From an uncultured Syntrophobacterales bacterium (GTDB lineage: Bacteria; Desulfobacterota; Binatia; UBA9968; JAJDTQ01): DNA of 64,000 bases. The stretch is from contig CAZVUC010000050.1 in NCBI GenBank assembly GCA_964630405.1, positions 8,948-72,947 on the forward strand, written 5' to 3'. The position numbers and the translations under genes are program-made. How positions within the stretch are numbered: the stretch's first letter is position 1; each line of letters starts with the position of its first letter. Below, one piece after another: positions 49,735 through 58,863 of this stretch. The notes under the pieces are model-generated. The model was not told where the DNA came from. It saw only the letters and a list, made by a program, of their open reading frames with translations, and did no database searches.

Positions 49735-50553
49735 ATGCTCGACGACAAGATTGGCTTCATCGGCGCCGGCAAGATGGGCAGCGCCATCATCAAGGGGATC
49801 CTGAGGGCCGGGCTGGTGGACCGGAGCCATCTGACCGCCAGCGATCCCGTCGAGGCGCTGGGGAAGGTCCTTGTCGAGGAAACCGGCGTCCGTTTCATGA
49901 AAGACAACATCGGTCTGGTGGAATCGTCGGACATCGTGGTGTTGGCGGTGAAGCCCCAGGTCATGGACGGCGTTCTGAAGGAGATCGCCGCGGCGCCGCT
50001 GGACGGGAGGCTCTTGGTCTCCATCGCGGCCGGGGTGCCGTTGAGCCGCATCGAGGGGTTGTTGCCGGATGGTGCGCGGGTCGTCCGGGTCATGCCCAAC
50101 ACGCCGTGCCTCGTGGGTCAGGCCGCGTCCGCGTATGCGGGAGGCCGGTGGGCCCTGGACGAGGATCTCGAGAGGGTGGGCAGGATTCTTTCGAGCGTCG
50201 GGGTCGCGGTTGCCGTGGAAGAGCATCATCTCGACGCCGTCACGGCGTTGAGCGGCAGCGGACCGGCGTACGTCTTCCTCTTCATCGAATCCCTCGCCGC
50301 CGGCGGCGTCCAGATGGGGCTCAGCCGGGACGTCGCGCTGAAGCTGGCGCTTCAGACGGTGTACGGTTCCGCCGCCATGGCCCAGGTCGCCGACGAGCAC
50401 CTGGCGGAATTGAGGGACGCCGTGACGTCCCCGGCCGGAACTACCGCCGCGGGGCTTTTCGCCCTGGAGCAGGGGGCTTTTCGCGCGACGGTCATCGACG
50501 CGGTGGTGCAGGCCACGGAACGTTCGGAAGCCCTGGGGCGAGGGGAACACTAG
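49735..50553 (+). CDS. proC: Pyrroline-5-carboxylate reductase.
   Basis: Starts MLDDKIGFIGAGKMG. Shine-Dalgarno AGGAGG 6 nt upstream. 272 aa. Confidence 0.9.
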   Translation: MLDDKIGFIGAGKMGSAIIKGILRAGLVDRSHLTASDPVEALGKVLVEETGVRFMKDNIGLVESSDIVVLAVKPQVMDGVLKEIAAAPLDGRLLVSIAAGVPLSRIEGLLPDGARVVRVMPNTPCLVGQAASAYAGGRWALDEDLERVGRILSSVGVAVAVEEHHLDAVTALSGSGPAYVFLFIESLAAGGVQMGLSRDVALKLALQTVYGSAAMAQVADEHLAELRDAVTSPAGTTAAGLFALEQGAFRATVIDAVVQATERSEALGRGEH

Positions 50554-50584
50554 TACGCGTGCTCGACGAACGGATAGCAGGGGT

Positions 50585-51616
50585 ATGATCCGGCACCATC
50601 CGATCCCATGGCGTCACTTCATGCGCGCCGCGCTGTTGCTGGCGCTCGCCGTCGGCGTCGCGGCCGGCCGCGCCCGGGCCAACCTGGAAGCTTTGCCCGC
50701 CGCCGAGCTGGAGAAGCAGGCCTACGCCAAGATCGTGGAGGCCCGTGGCAGCGCACGGGCGGAGCGTTACCCCGACGCGCTGACTCGGTTGGATGATGCA
50801 GTGACGCTGGCGGAGCAACTGGACGACAAGCTGCCGCTGGCGTTGGCGCTTCACAACAAGGGTGAAGTGGAGCTGCTCCGGGGCCGGCCGCTGGATGCCC
50901 TGAAAGCCTACTACAGGGTCTTGGGGGTCTACAGGCGGCTGGGGCACCAAGCCGGCGCCGCGCTGGTTCAGAAGCGGATCGGAATGCTGACGCGGCTGGT
51001 CAAGAAGCCCGAGAAGCCGGCCGCCGCCCCGCCTCAAGAGGCGCCCGCGGCGAAAGCCCCGGACCGCCTTTCGCTCGTCGACCAGGCGGTGGAGCGGATC
51101 CGCGCGCGGATCAGGTCCGCCGGTCAGAAAGCGCCCGAGAAGCCGGCGCTGGTCGAAACACGCCGGACGGTGGAACCGCCGGTACCCGTCGAGGCACGAG
51201 GAACCGGGGAGCCGCCGCCGCCCGTCCCGACAACCCCGCCCGAGGAGCCGCCGCAGCCGTCGGTCCAGGTGGCGCGAGCCGAGCCCCGATCCGGGGCGGA
51301 CAATCCACGGGAGTGGGCCTACGTGGAATCCCTCAAGAGGAAGATCAGCGCCCGGTCGCGGTATCCCGCCTACGCCAGGCGAACGGGTCAGCAGGGGACT
51401 GTGGCCGTTGTCGTCGCGGTGCGCGAGAACGGCGAGCTCGCCGGCGTCGAACTGTCCGAGTCGTCCGGCTTCATCGTGCTGGATGTGGAGGCCCTCCGCA
51501 ACGTCCGGGAGTCCGCCCCTTTCGGTCCCGTGCCCACCCGCGCGGTTCCGGGCCCCCTGACCGTCCGCATGACCGTCAGCTACACGCTGCCGGCCGCGTC
51601 CGGCCCTGCGCCCTAG
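50585..51616 (+). CDS. TonB C-terminal-domain protein with a Pro-rich linker and a TPR-like N-terminal region.
   Basis: Signal or transmembrane N-terminus. PEKPAAAPP and PPPPVPTTPPEEPP linker. C-terminus YPAYARRTGQQGTVAVVVAV...GPLTVRMTVSY. Confidence 0.65.
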   Translation: MIRHHPIPWRHFMRAALLLALAVGVAAGRARANLEALPAAELEKQAYAKIVEARGSARAERYPDALTRLDDAVTLAEQLDDKLPLALALHNKGEVELLRGRPLDALKAYYRVLGVYRRLGHQAGAALVQKRIGMLTRLVKKPEKPAAAPPQEAPAAKAPDRLSLVDQAVERIRARIRSAGQKAPEKPALVETRRTVEPPVPVEARGTGEPPPPVPTTPPEEPPQPSVQVARAEPRSGADNPREWAYVESLKRKISARSRYPAYARRTGQQGTVAVVVAVRENGELAGVELSESSGFIVLDVEALRNVRESAPFGPVPTRAVPGPLTVRMTVSYTLPAASGPAP

Positions 51617-51663
51617 GCGTATTCCCGACCAGCGCGCTTTCACCCGGGTCCAATGCGAGGACA

Positions 51664-52443
51664 CTAACGGACTGCGCCGGGCTGCGGGCCAGCCGATGGC
51701 GGGGTTCCGAGCGTGGTGATCTGGGCGAGAGCGAACGCGTGGCGCGGATGGAGCGCGAGGGCGCGGATGTAGTTGACGTCTGCCTGTCCGTGGAAGCCCA
51801 GGGCGGTGGCGTTGCGCGCCCGCAGCACATGGATCTCCGCCAGCCAGCGGTCGTCGGCCGCCAGTCTCGACTCCGCCACATCGAGAAAGCTCAGGGATTC
51901 GCGGTAGTTCTTCAGGAGGTAGTGTGCCCGGGCCACGAAATAGTGGCTGTAGGGGTTGGTGGCGTCCACGCCGATGGCGCGTTCGAAGCGGGCCAGCGCG
52001 GCCCTGTAGTCTCCGGTCCTGAGAAGATCCCGGCCCTGTTGCACCAGCTTCACGGAAGCCCTTCGCCGCGGCATGGTCGTGCCGTCGAAAGCCGCCAGGG
52101 AGGGCAACTCGTACGATCCGTCGGGGACGGGAGCGTCGATCGGGTCACGTCCCCGCTCGATGTTCACCGCGGCCTCCGGAACCCCCGGCGCCGCGACCGC
52201 GCCGGGGAGCGGCTCACGCACCGCCGGCGCTGGAGCCGGTACGGTTACCGACAGGTCCTCTTCATGGATCGTGCCCTGACGGAGGGCCGGAGACGGAGCC
52301 TCCTGGCCGGTAGGAGCGTTTTGCGGAAAGGCGATCCCGCACGCAAGGATTGCCGTCAGGAACACCGCCCCCGACGCCGCCCGTGCGAAGGGGAACGTCC
52401 TTTCTCCCGGCGTATCCGCTTTCGCGCTCACCGTTGTTCCCAC
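51664..52443 (-). CDS. TPR-repeat lipoprotein.
   Basis: Lipobox ILAC. TPR helices (AALARFERAIGVD...YHYFVARAHY). Confidence 0.5.
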   Translation of the reverse strand: MGTTVSAKADTPGERTFPFARAASGAVFLTAILACGIAFPQNAPTGQEAPSPALRQGTIHEEDLSVTVPAPAPAVREPLPGAVAAPGVPEAAVNIERGRDPIDAPVPDGSYELPSLAAFDGTTMPRRRASVKLVQQGRDLLRTGDYRAALARFERAIGVDATNPYSHYFVARAHYLLKNYRESLSFLDVAESRLAADDRWLAEIHVLRARNATALGFHGQADVNYIRALALHPRHAFALAQITTLGTPPSAGPQPGAVR

Positions 52444-52450
52444 GAGGCTG

Positions 52451-52597
52451 TCACAGCAATATCACCGCCAGCACCGTACCCAAGGCAAACGGGACCAGCG
52501 CCGCCGGAGGCAGGTTCCCGCTCACCGTGTCGAGAACCACCAGCAGCGACAGCCCGATGAAGACGAGACCCGGATAGGTCACCAGCAATTCGATCAT
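52451..52597 (-). CDS. Possible small hydrophobic membrane peptide of about 48 aa.
   Basis: Reads MIELLVTYPGLVFIGLSLLVVLDTVSGNLPPAALVPFALGTVLAVILL. Lies 8 nt upstream of the TPR lipoprotein gene. No clear Shine-Dalgarno. Confidence 0.3.
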   Translation of the reverse strand: MIELLVTYPGLVFIGLSLLVVLDTVSGNLPPAALVPFALGTVLAVILL

Positions 52598-52764
52598 GGT
52601 TCGAGTCCGGTCGCCCGGATGCGGTCCGGGCGGGGTTGCGCCGTAGCCCATTGTGGGCCCCGGCCTCCGGGGTGTCAAGGAGAGTGAGCCCCGGCTGCCT
52701 TGCCGCCCCCCTGGCCGAGTGTTAGTCTCCTTCCCTGACAACCGCCGAAACGGAGGAACCCTTC

Positions 52765-53862
52765 ATGATCATCGATCTCGATTCCCATTTGCGCGAAGGC
52801 TATTTCATGGACGAGGTGTACAAGCTCGGCGAGCCGTTCGCGCAGTTCACGCCGAGGAAGGCCAACGACGAGGGCCGGAGCCACGGGACGCGCTTTATCC
52901 ATTCCCTCGAGCCGCTCAATCCCCAGGGGCTCGCGACCCACAAACACCCTTACATCTACGACCCGAAGGTGAACTGGCGCGCGGGCGAGATCGCCGAGCG
53001 GCAGGTGGGCGGCTACGACATGGCGCGCCGGCTGGAGGACATTCGCAGGGAACGGATCGACAAGGAGATCATCTTCCCCACCGGCATCAGCATCGCCACG
53101 CAGAACCAGGGCCGGCTCGGCGCCGCGGTGGCTCGGGCGTTCAACGACTGGGTGGCGAAACTCGTCAACGGCTACGAGGACACGTTCCTGCCGTGCGCCA
53201 TGGCCCCGGCCGGCTGCCCGGAAGCCATGCCGGACGAGGTGACGCGCTGTGTCAGGGAGCTGGGTTTCAAGGCCACCCATCTGGTCCCGTACGTGGGTTC
53301 GAGGAACGTGGACGATCCGATCTTCTATCCGTATTACGAAACGGTCCAGGACCTGGGCGTACCGCTCTTCTGCCATCCCAACAGCAACGGCGACCTGACG
53401 GACCGCTTCGACAACTTCTACAAGACCCACGTGATGGGACGGGTGATGAACTGCACGGCGGCGCTCATCGCGCTGGTGTTGGGCGGAGTGTTCGAGAAGT
53501 TCCCGCGCCTGAAAGTGGTCTTCTTCGAGTGCAGCGCGGAATGGATCCTCTTCTGGATGCACCGGATGGACGACGACTACGAATGGGCCAAGGACTTCTC
53601 CCAGCTCACGGGCCACCTGAGCATGGCGCCGTCGGAGTACATCAAGCGCAACTGCTACGTGACCTGCGAGGCCGACGAGCGCGACCTGGCGACCCCCATC
53701 AAGGAGTTGGGCGAGGACCGCATCTTCCTGGCCACGGACTACCCGCACTTCGACTCGGAATATCCCCACACGGTCTCGGGCATCGAGGAAAGGACCGACA
53801 TCACCGACGGCCAGAAGGCGAAGATCCTGGGCGGGAACGCCGAGCAGTTGTTGAATCTGTAG
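52765..53862 (+). CDS. Amidohydrolase-2 family (ACMSD/LigW-like) metal-dependent hydrolase or decarboxylase.
   Basis: 365 aa TIM-barrel amidohydrolase_2 motifs (MIIDLDSHLRE...HPN...FFECSAEW...DYPHFD). Confidence 0.8.
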   Translation: MIIDLDSHLREGYFMDEVYKLGEPFAQFTPRKANDEGRSHGTRFIHSLEPLNPQGLATHKHPYIYDPKVNWRAGEIAERQVGGYDMARRLEDIRRERIDKEIIFPTGISIATQNQGRLGAAVARAFNDWVAKLVNGYEDTFLPCAMAPAGCPEAMPDEVTRCVRELGFKATHLVPYVGSRNVDDPIFYPYYETVQDLGVPLFCHPNSNGDLTDRFDNFYKTHVMGRVMNCTAALIALVLGGVFEKFPRLKVVFFECSAEWILFWMHRMDDDYEWAKDFSQLTGHLSMAPSEYIKRNCYVTCEADERDLATPIKELGEDRIFLATDYPHFDSEYPHTVSGIEERTDITDGQKAKILGGNAEQLLNL

Positions 53863-53949
53863 GGCCTGCGTGTTACGAGCGGTTCGAGGGCCACGGGCTC
53901 ACGCCACGCGCAATCCCCTGACGGATACTCGCAGATCGGAGGAGCGGCC

Positions 53950-54126
53950 GTGAAGGATCGAATTCGAGAGATCGACAAGGAGTACGGGTTCAATCTCAGC
54001 GAGGATGAGATCGAGTCCATCGCAAAGCAGGCGGAGGAGACCCACCGGCTGCTCCAGGACCTCTACAAGGTCGACGTCGGCGGGGTCATGCCCATCATGA
54101 AGATCGACAAGCAGCGGAAGAGCTGA
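53950..54126 (+). CDS. Unlisted small ORF of 58 aa with a GTG start. GatC-like (AtzG-like).
   Basis: Shine-Dalgarno GGAGGAG 5 nt before the GTG. Sequence VKDRIREIDKEYGFNLSEDEIESIAKQAEETHRLLQDLYKVDVGGVMPIMKIDKQRKS aligns with the GatC helix-loop pattern. High-GC codon usage. Fills the 53863-54141 gap. Confidence 0.5.
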   Translation: MKDRIREIDKEYGFNLSEDEIESIAKQAEETHRLLQDLYKVDVGGVMPIMKIDKQRKS

Positions 54127-54141
54127 ACCACCCTCCACACC

Positions 54142-55416
54142 ATGGACGACCGCACCAAGGAACAGATTCTCCAGCACATCGACGGCCAGGAGCTGGCCGA
54201 GCTCACCCGTGATCTGGTGGACATCCTGAGCCCCACCGGCTCGGAGAAAGAGATCGGCGAGTTCATCCTCGACTGGTACGGACGCAACGGCCTCAAGCCC
54301 GTCCGCCAGGAGATCGACCCCAACCGGGTGAACGCGGTGGGCGTGCTCCAGGGCACCGGCGGGGGCGTGTCGCTGATGATCAACGGCCACATGGACACGA
54401 GCTTCACCGGGCAGGAGGACGACCTCATGCTGTGCCGGGAGCTCGAGCCCCAGAGCGAGCTCCGCGGCGCCATCCGGGACGGCAAGGTGTTCGGCCTGGC
54501 GGCGTCCAACATGAAGTCGGGGCTGGCGGCCTTCATGGTGGCCGGCAAGGCGCTCAAGAAGAGCGGCGTGGCCATCAAGGGAGACCTGATCCTGGCGGCG
54601 GTGGCGGGCGAGATCTCCCGCACCCCCATCGGGCCGTACCAGTCCGGACTCTACCGCGGCGAGGGCACCGGCACCCGGCACCTGCTCACTTACGGCGTCC
54701 AGTCCGACTACGCCATCGTCGCGGACCGTTCGGCCCTGTCCATCATCTGGACCCAGTCCGGCGTGGCCCAGTTCAAGATCGACACCTTCGGCAATCCCCA
54801 TGCAGCCTGGGGCGTCACCCGGAAGCAGGAGCCGCCCGAGGAGCACAACGCGGTGCTGAAGATGTCCAGGGTGGTGCAGGCGGTGGACGCCTGGGCCGAG
54901 GAGTTCGAGGCCAACCACGTCTACCAGTCGGCCAACGGCCCGATCATTCCAAAGGTCAACCTCGGCTCGGTGCAGGGCGGCGCGCCCTACCGGCCCAACT
55001 ACCACCCGGGCATCTGCTCGCTGTACGTGGACGTGCGCATCCCGCCGGAGTTGCGGCCCCTCGAGGTGCAGCGGCAGTTGCGCGCGGTGATGGACGCCAC
55101 CGGCTACGAGTACGACATCGGCATGTACACGTCGAAGATGGGCTACGAGGCCAAGGGTATCGAGCCCGTGGTGGAGGTCATCGAGGAGACCCACCAGGAG
55201 CTGTTCGGCGAGAAGACCACGCCGGCCAACACCTTCCGCTCCAGCATCTGGACCGACACCAACATCTACAACGAGATGGGCATTCCCGCCTGCAAGTTCG
55301 GCCTCGGCGGCGGCCGGTTCACCACCCGGTCGGAGCAGATCGACATCGACGAGATCGTCCGGGCGGCGAAGATCTACGCGCTGTCGGCGGCCACCATCTG
55401 CAACTGGGCGCGATAG
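54142..55416 (+). CDS. M20-family peptidase (ArgE/DapE/ACY1-like amidohydrolase).
   Basis: 424 aa. M20 metal-ligand motifs (INGHMDT...GEGTGTRH...). Confidence 0.85.
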   Translation: MDDRTKEQILQHIDGQELAELTRDLVDILSPTGSEKEIGEFILDWYGRNGLKPVRQEIDPNRVNAVGVLQGTGGGVSLMINGHMDTSFTGQEDDLMLCRELEPQSELRGAIRDGKVFGLAASNMKSGLAAFMVAGKALKKSGVAIKGDLILAAVAGEISRTPIGPYQSGLYRGEGTGTRHLLTYGVQSDYAIVADRSALSIIWTQSGVAQFKIDTFGNPHAAWGVTRKQEPPEEHNAVLKMSRVVQAVDAWAEEFEANHVYQSANGPIIPKVNLGSVQGGAPYRPNYHPGICSLYVDVRIPPELRPLEVQRQLRAVMDATGYEYDIGMYTSKMGYEAKGIEPVVEVIEETHQELFGEKTTPANTFRSSIWTDTNIYNEMGIPACKFGLGGGRFTTRSEQIDIDEIVRAAKIYALSAATICNWAR

Positions 55417-55437
55417 CCATCGGAGCAGGGACGACGC

Positions 55438-55944
55438 ATGGAACCGGTACTGGCTGAGAAGATCGTCCACGGTTTGAAGGCGGCCGGCATCGATTTCCTG
55501 ACCTACCTGCCGGAGAGCCGCCTGAGCCAGATCCTGCCGCTCCTGCGCGAGGACGGCACCGTGCAGATGGTGGCGGCCGCCAGCGAGCAGGAGGCCATCA
55601 CCATGGCGGCGGGCGCGGCCCTCGGCGGCAAGCGGGTGGCCTGCTACATGGAAAGCACGGGGCCCTACGTCTCCGCCTACTCCCTGCTCACCGTGGGCAA
55701 GCAGATGGGCGTGCCGATTCTGCTGCTGATCGGTTTTCTGGGCAGTTTCGCCGATCAACGGAACAGCTTCCTGTACGTGACCATCGGCATGCGGATGATC
55801 CCCACCCTCGAAGGGCTGGGGCTCGAATACCGCGTCATCGAGAACGCCGACAATCTCGAGCGGCACATCCGGGACGCTCAGCGGGTCAGCGACTCCATGC
55901 GGGCTCCGGCCGCCCTGATCTTCTCCGGGGAGTTCGCCCGATGA
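55438..55944 (+). CDS. TPP-dependent decarboxylase, N-terminal subunit (sulfopyruvate/phosphonopyruvate decarboxylase ComD-like).
   Basis: TPP_enzyme_N-like, 168 aa. ATGA overlap with the beta-subunit gene. Confidence 0.75.
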   Translation: MEPVLAEKIVHGLKAAGIDFLTYLPESRLSQILPLLREDGTVQMVAAASEQEAITMAAGAALGGKRVACYMESTGPYVSAYSLLTVGKQMGVPILLLIGFLGSFADQRNSFLYVTIGMRMIPTLEGLGLEYRVIENADNLERHIRDAQRVSDSMRAPAALIFSGEFAR

Positions 55945-56546
55945 TCCGGCGCGACTGTCTTGACCTCATGGCCCCGTTGATGACCGATCAACTGGTGCTC
56001 TCCTCGCAGAGCGGCCAGCGCATCGAATGGTTCCACCTGGCGCCGGAGCACGAGGGCAACCTGCTGGTGGGCATGATGGGGTGCGCCACCGGCGTGGGCA
56101 TGGGACTGGCGCTGGCGCTGCCCCGCCGCCGCGTCATCGTGCTGGAGTCGGACGGCAGCGTGCTGCTGTCGCTGTTCAATCTTCCGACCCTGGGCAACCT
56201 CAACCTCGCCAACCTGACGGTGTTCGTGTTCGACAACGAGGTCTACAGCGGCAGCACCATGAGCGAGCCCACGGCAACGGCCGGGAAGACCGACCTCGCC
56301 GCCATCGCCCGGGCGTCGGGGATCGAAAACGCCGTGACCGTGGACGACATCGACGGCTTCAAGGAGCACGGCCTGCCGGGCGTGACCGGGGAGGGGCTCC
56401 ACTACGTGGTGTGCAAGGTGGAGGAGAGCCTCATCCACCGCGAGATCTCGCGCCCCAACGTCGACCTGGCGGAGTACAAGTACCGGTTCGTTCGCTATAT
56501 CGAGCGCACCGAGGGCATAACCATTCCTTTCGTCGGCCTGGGATAG
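55941..56546 (+). CDS. TPP-dependent decarboxylase, C-terminal subunit (ComE-like).
   Basis: TPP-binding GDG...N motif (LESDGSVLLSL...NLTVFVFDNEVY). 201 aa. Confidence 0.75.
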   Translation: MIRRDCLDLMAPLMTDQLVLSSQSGQRIEWFHLAPEHEGNLLVGMMGCATGVGMGLALALPRRRVIVLESDGSVLLSLFNLPTLGNLNLANLTVFVFDNEVYSGSTMSEPTATAGKTDLAAIARASGIENAVTVDDIDGFKEHGLPGVTGEGLHYVVCKVEESLIHREISRPNVDLAEYKYRFVRYIERTEGITIPFVGLG

Positions 56547-56612
56547 GGCTCCGCCGCATCCCGGGTCCGCAAATCCGAAGTATCAACTCAAACCACAAGG
56601 AGGCGATTCACG

Positions 56613-57122
56613 ATGGCAACCAACGATGAAGCGGTCAAACGGCAAGAAGCCGAGAAAACCGAGTACGACTGGGGCACGCTGTGGCCGCACTATCACAAGG
56701 AGAGGATGAACTGGGCCACGGGTTTTCGCACCCGGGGTGACGTGGACATCCTGTTCCTGTCCGGTTCCACCGGACGCGATCCGTTCGAGGACGCGCCCTG
56801 CCGGGAGCCCAACGAGGAGCGGGCCGGCCGCGGCAAGGTGGTCGGCGGCATCAAGGAGCAGACCCGTCAGGCCTGGCAGGACATCAAGGACAACCTCGAA
56901 ATGATGGGCGGCGAGTTGAAGCACATCGTCATGATCCGCTATTTTCTCACGCGCCGCGAGGACGTGTTCGACATGCGCGACGAGATGTATGCGTTCTTCG
57001 AGGAGCACGAGCCCGACCTGCGGGCCCATCCCCGTCCCGCCACCCTGCTGCGCGGCGTCGGCATCGATCTGCAGGACATGCTCATCGAGATCGAGGCCTG
57101 GGCTGCAGTACCGCGCAAGTAG
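56613..57122 (+). CDS. RidA/YjgF/TdcF family protein.
   Basis: Shine-Dalgarno AAGGAGG. RidA fold, 169 aa. Confidence 0.85.
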   Translation: MATNDEAVKRQEAEKTEYDWGTLWPHYHKERMNWATGFRTRGDVDILFLSGSTGRDPFEDAPCREPNEERAGRGKVVGGIKEQTRQAWQDIKDNLEMMGGELKHIVMIRYFLTRREDVFDMRDEMYAFFEEHEPDLRAHPRPATLLRGVGIDLQDMLIEIEAWAAVPRK

Positions 57123-57198
57123 CCGGCGCCTGAAAACATGATGCGGGGGTCCCCGGCAAGCCGGCGGACCCCCGCGTCGTTCCATACCCGCCTTTCCC

Positions 57199-57972
57199 CT
57201 ACGGCCAGTCCAGCTCTGCCATCACCGGCGCGTGGTCCGACGGCTTCGAGCCCTTGCGCTCGTCCCGGTCGACACCGGCCGACGTCGAGCGCGACGCCAG
57301 TTCCGGGGTGGCGAGAATGTGGTCGATGCGGAGCCCCTTGTTGCGCGGAAACGCGAGCTGGCGGTAGTCCCACCACGAATAGAGCCCGGGCTCCGGATTG
57401 TGTTTCCGGACCACGTCCTCGAGCCCCCAATGCGAAAGCCGCGTCATCACGTCCGTCATGTCGGGATTGAAGAGCACGGTGCCGCGCCACACGTCCGGCT
57501 CGGCCACGTCCGCCAGGTCGGGCGCGATGTTGAAGTCGCCGGAAATCAGGAGCGGGGTGTCCGGGTCACGGGTCTTCTCCAGGTACGTGAACAGCCGCTC
57601 CAGCCACTCCCGCTTGTAGACGTACTTGTCGGACTCGACCTTGTTCCCGTTGGGAACGTACACGGATATGAAACGGACCCCCTGGATCATTCCGCAGATG
57701 CAGCGCGCCTGGAGGTCGTCGACGCCGTCGCCGAACCCCATCCGGACGTCGTCGATGGGCTTGCGGGAAAGGATCGCCACGCCGTTGTAGGTCTTCTGTC
57801 CGTGTGCCGCGACGTGATAGCCCTGCTCCTTCACGGCCTCGTAGGGGAACTGCTCGTCGGTGACCTTGGTCTCCTGAAGACAGACCACGTCCGGGGCTTG
57901 GCGCGACAGCCAGCTCAGGAAGCGTTCTTCCCGCGCGCGGATCGAGTTCAGATTCCACGTTACGACCTTCAA
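57199..57972 (-). CDS. xth: Exodeoxyribonuclease III, with a TTG start.
   Basis: Starts (L)KVVTWNLNSIRAR...CLQETK...SDHAPV. Shine-Dalgarno GAGAGGAG 6 nt upstream of the TTG at 57970-72. The 544-aa track ORF is an artefact. Confidence 0.9.
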   Translation of the reverse strand: MKVVTWNLNSIRAREERFLSWLSRQAPDVVCLQETKVTDEQFPYEAVKEQGYHVAAHGQKTYNGVAILSRKPIDDVRMGFGDGVDDLQARCICGMIQGVRFISVYVPNGNKVESDKYVYKREWLERLFTYLEKTRDPDTPLLISGDFNIAPDLADVAEPDVWRGTVLFNPDMTDVMTRLSHWGLEDVVRKHNPEPGLYSWWDYRQLAFPRNKGLRIDHILATPELASRSTSAGVDRDERKGSKPSDHAPVMAELDWP

Positions 57973-58007
57973 GGGTTTCTCCTCTCTCTCCGTCGGAACG
58001 ACTCTGT

Positions 58008-58802
58008 TCAGGCTCCCACCGTCCAGTACCGCCCGTTGTTCCGTCTCAGGGCGAGCGGGGTCTCGTAGAGCTCCTGCAGCAGCGTCTCGGTGATGACCTT
58101 GCCGGTGTCGCCGGACCGCAGGACGCGGCCGCCCTTCAACACCAGCGTCTTCTCGAAGGCGGGCAGGATCTCCTCGATGTGATGGGTGACGAACACCAAC
58201 GCGGTGGTGTCGCTGGTGCGCCCCAACTCCTGCAGCGCCGCGAGCAGGCTCTCCCTGGCGCCCGGATCCAGTCCCGCGCACGGCTCGTCCAGGAACATCA
58301 CGTAGGGGCGGGTCATCAGCGCCCGGCTGATGAGGACCTTCTGCTGCTCTCCCTGGGACAGCGTGCCGAATCCCTGGTCCTTCAGGCCCAGGCACCCCAT
58401 GCGCTCCATGACGGCCTCGGCCTGGACGAAGTCCTCTTCCACCGGACGGACCATGGACATTTCCAGCAGGCCGATCTGCGCGAACTTGCCCGACACCACC
58501 GTCCGCAAGGCCGGCTCCCGGCCCGGGATCTGGGAGGTGAGGGACGCCGTGACCCAGCCGATACCCTTGCGCAGCTCCCGAAGGTCCACCCGCCGGCTGC
58601 CGTTGCGGTAGACGACGCCCCCCTGGTTGGGCCAGAGATAACCGCAGGCCATCTTCAGCAGGGTGGTCTTGCCCGAGCCGTTGGGTCCCAGGATCACCCA
58701 GTGCTCCCCCCGGCCCACGGTCCAGTCGACGGAGTCGAGAATCGTACGGTGTCCCGCCGAGTATGAGACGTTCCGGATGTCGAGCGGGACGGTTGCGTTC
58801 AT
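58008..58802 (-). CDS. ABC transporter ATP-binding protein. Orphan: no permease gene is adjacent.
   Basis: Walker A GPNGSGKTTL. Signature LSQGEQQ. Walker B FLDEP. 264 aa, starting at the internal ATG 58802. Confidence 0.85.
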   Translation of the reverse strand: MNATVPLDIRNVSYSAGHRTILDSVDWTVGRGEHWVILGPNGSGKTTLLKMACGYLWPNQGGVVYRNGSRRVDLRELRKGIGWVTASLTSQIPGREPALRTVVSGKFAQIGLLEMSMVRPVEEDFVQAEAVMERMGCLGLKDQGFGTLSQGEQQKVLISRALMTRPYVMFLDEPCAGLDPGARESLLAALQELGRTSDTTALVFVTHHIEEILPAFEKTLVLKGGRVLRSGDTGKVITETLLQELYETPLALRRNNGRYWTVGA

Positions 58803-58863
58803 GTTTTTCGTTTCTCCCGGGCCGTGTTGCCAACGCAGGGCGAAGGTTCTAAATAGCATTCCT

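Noticed and set aside
57199-58833. 544-aa single ORF
   Set aside because: The C-terminal 257 aa are exonuclease III, with its own TTG start and Shine-Dalgarno. The N-terminal part is antisense to the ABC ATPase gene.
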